Of a stretch of DNA of 64,000 nucleotides, positions 61,841 to 64,000 are shown one piece after another. The DNA comes from Sedimentisphaerales bacterium (GTDB taxonomy: Bacteria; Planctomycetota; Phycisphaerae; Sedimentisphaerales; SM23-30): assembly GCA_963663965.2 (NCBI GenBank), contig CAXXFK010000016.1, positions 15,525 through 79,524 of the forward strand, in the 5' to 3' direction. The position numbers were made by a program, and so were the translations under genes. The notes under the pieces were generated by a model, which saw nothing but the letters and a program-made list of their open reading frames with translations, was not told where the DNA came from and made no database searches. Numbering within the stretch: position 1 is the first letter of the stretch; the number at the start of each line of letters is the position of its first letter.

Positions 61841-64000
61841 CTACGGAACAGTCATCAGCCACTCACGCGAACATTCTTCAAAATCGAGCAGGTCAACGGC
61901 CGAATCACCTTCAGGAGCCGGAGCAATATCATATGCCGGCTCGGCATCGAGCCAGGTTTCCGCAGCATTTGCAAATCTTGAACATCGACTGTTCGATCGT
62001 TATTAAAATCGCACAACGGCAATTTGAGGATGATCCAGCCCAGGTCATAAACATTGAATGGCCAGGTATGGTCGACAATGATACCCAGTGTATCCTCAGG
62101 CGTTAAGGTCTGACCCGATTCCAGGCCCGGGAATAAACCGCATTATCGAAACTCTCGACGTTGGCGGGCAAATCCCTGATAAAGAATCGGAACGGCCCGA
62201 TGTCTACCCCGGGACAGACATTACGCAAACTGACCTTATAGATATATTCGTAGGTAGTACGCCCAATCCGTCTCAGACTTTGCAGGTTGAACTGACCAGC
62301 TCGGGCAACACAGTCTCCCTGGATAACCACATTGAAATTCTCAAGTAAAGCGTTTCAGCATAATTACCGCTGGTATCGGCACCTGGAATGGTTCCAGAAC
62401 GATCCCATATTCCCCATTATCGCAAAGTCCCAACTGCCGCCGGGGGGCGTCATACGATAAGTCGCCACCCGGGAGAACCATCCGCAATATTGTCAACCGT
62501 CACATAGCGGGCATAATAACTGCCGCATCAGGTGCGGTTATATGAATATTTGACGAGGACAGCGTTGAAACATCGACGGCGACATTATCATAATAGGTCA
62601 CCTGAAATTCCAGATCATCAGAGATTCCTCCAGAATATCTTCCACATCAACCTTCAGTACCGATGGCGATTCCACATCCTCACTGGAATAGAACAGGGTA
62701 TACGACCCCGTGGTAAAGTAATCGAATAGATGCAGCAAATTGACCTCACGATCAGGTTGTCCTCGATCCGTTCGATTCGGTGCGTTAACCAGGCATTGTC
62801 GCCCACGCGGATAATCTGGCCATCGGACCGCAACACGCCAATCAGGGCATACTGATTCAAGCCGGGATCTTCAATACGGATATAGCACAGCCGGATGGAG
62901 TTTCATTGAGTTGCAGATCGACCTCAAACTGACCCGGTCCGGCATAATGATCGATACTCGCATCTTGAACGCCGGCGACCGGTTCGACACGTCCGTCACT
63001 GAGATGGAGACGATCGGGCATATCATCGACATCGGGCACATCATTGGCCAGGAAGTCCGGCAGGCTGTCATCGGCGGGATATTCAGCGCGCACCACATGT
63101 TCGATCTCATGAATTTCAATACTATCGATCAGGGACAGGCGGTTATCACCCAAACACTGACGTGCTCGAACGAGGCATTATACTGGATAAACTCACCTTG
63201 CAGGCTGCACGCATCAGCCATTGGGCCACCACGCTGTCATCCGGCCCAGGTCTCCCAGATTCACCTTGAGTGAGGGCGAAACATCTTCGGTGCCCACACG
63301 GGTTCCGATGATATTGAAATCGATCAACAGACCCTTTTCGTTTTCAACGATCTGGGTTGCGAAGAGGTAATCCGGACATTCTTCGCCGTTCCATAGCCAT
63401 CATTATACATAATCAGCCCCAGTGAGAACGGGACGGCCGGTTCCACTTCGGGCGTAAAGGGATCGTCACTGTATACCTGGCGTTCCAGGAAATATTTCAG
63501 ATGGAGATTGGGGTTGGGCAAAACTTCAATCTGGGCGGATAAGCGGTACCGTGATCAGCTTCCCGGCCTGACGATAGGTCAGCCGGCCGCCCACATGGTA
63601 AGTTTGATTCTCCTCAGGCGCGGCATCATCGGTCGGCACAGCAGCCAGTCAGCCCGGCGCTGCCCGGCGGCAATACCCCGGTACCATCGACACCGGTCAT
63701 CCGCTGAGTTCGGGCGGATAGATGCCAACAGATCGTTGCTCTGTTCGCCGGTCTCATTACGGATATCGATCTCCACCAGAATTTCTTCGAGTGGATCATC
63801 ACTTTCATTATCGATCTCAAGAGTGGCTTTGAACGCCGAACGGCTGATCACTAGTTTTTGATCGATCTGGATTTTACCTTGGCGCAAACACCCTTTTCCT
63901 CTTCACTACGCTGCTGATAGAGGATATTACCCGCTTCGTTCAAGCATGGAATACGCTTTCATAACCATCCTCTACCGCCTTGTCATTGGCGGCTTTGGCG
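61841..64000 (-). CDS. 3' part of another giant secreted protein with a C-terminal dockerin-like domain; frameshifted, starts outside the window
   Basis: Fragments QKLVISRSAFKATLEI, YFLERQVYSDDPFTPEVEPAVPFSLGL and PDFLANDVPD. Tail CDFNNDRTVDVQDLQML..TWL...DIAPAPEGDSAVDLLDF..EWLMTVP*. Confidence 0.75.

Overview
Bacterial chromosomal window, most likely from a Planctomycetota (Phycisphaerae/Sedimentisphaerales-like) genome. This is inferred from the prepilin/H-X-DG protein, the Trp-terminated dockerin-like modules, a Tat sulfatase and the ribH-nusB-ftsY order. Contents in order: a LysM L,D-transpeptidase; an exosortase-linked polysaccharide export locus (Wza, exosortase, EpsI, giant TPR, Wzc); tRNA-Leu(TAG); dprA; aroB; an SPFH/Zn-ribbon pair; two frameshifted giant secreted proteins and a sulfatase (21-30 kb); a GT4/GH130 pair beside a 3.5-kb zone of IS remnants and palindromic repeats; several CAZymes; a methanogen-type homocysteine-synthesis cluster; ribH-nusB-ftsY; and two more frameshifted giant secreted proteins (57.6-64 kb). 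Indels cluster at 17.8-30.3 kb and 57.6-64 kb and probably reflect unpolished long-read consensus. Best candidates for undescribed biology: (i) an unannotated operator-promoter-GA-rich RNA-terminator unit at 13.85-14.10 kb; (ii) a KSTGPKTPEGK-family gene embedded in AAACGAACCCAA motifs and palindromes, possibly an unclassified mobile element; (iii) four unrelated giant secreted proteins sharing a dockerin-like tag, one built of novel ~250-aa ABAB repeats. No CRISPR array, rRNA, integrase or reverse transcriptase was seen. All protein calls come from motif recognition, not database searches.
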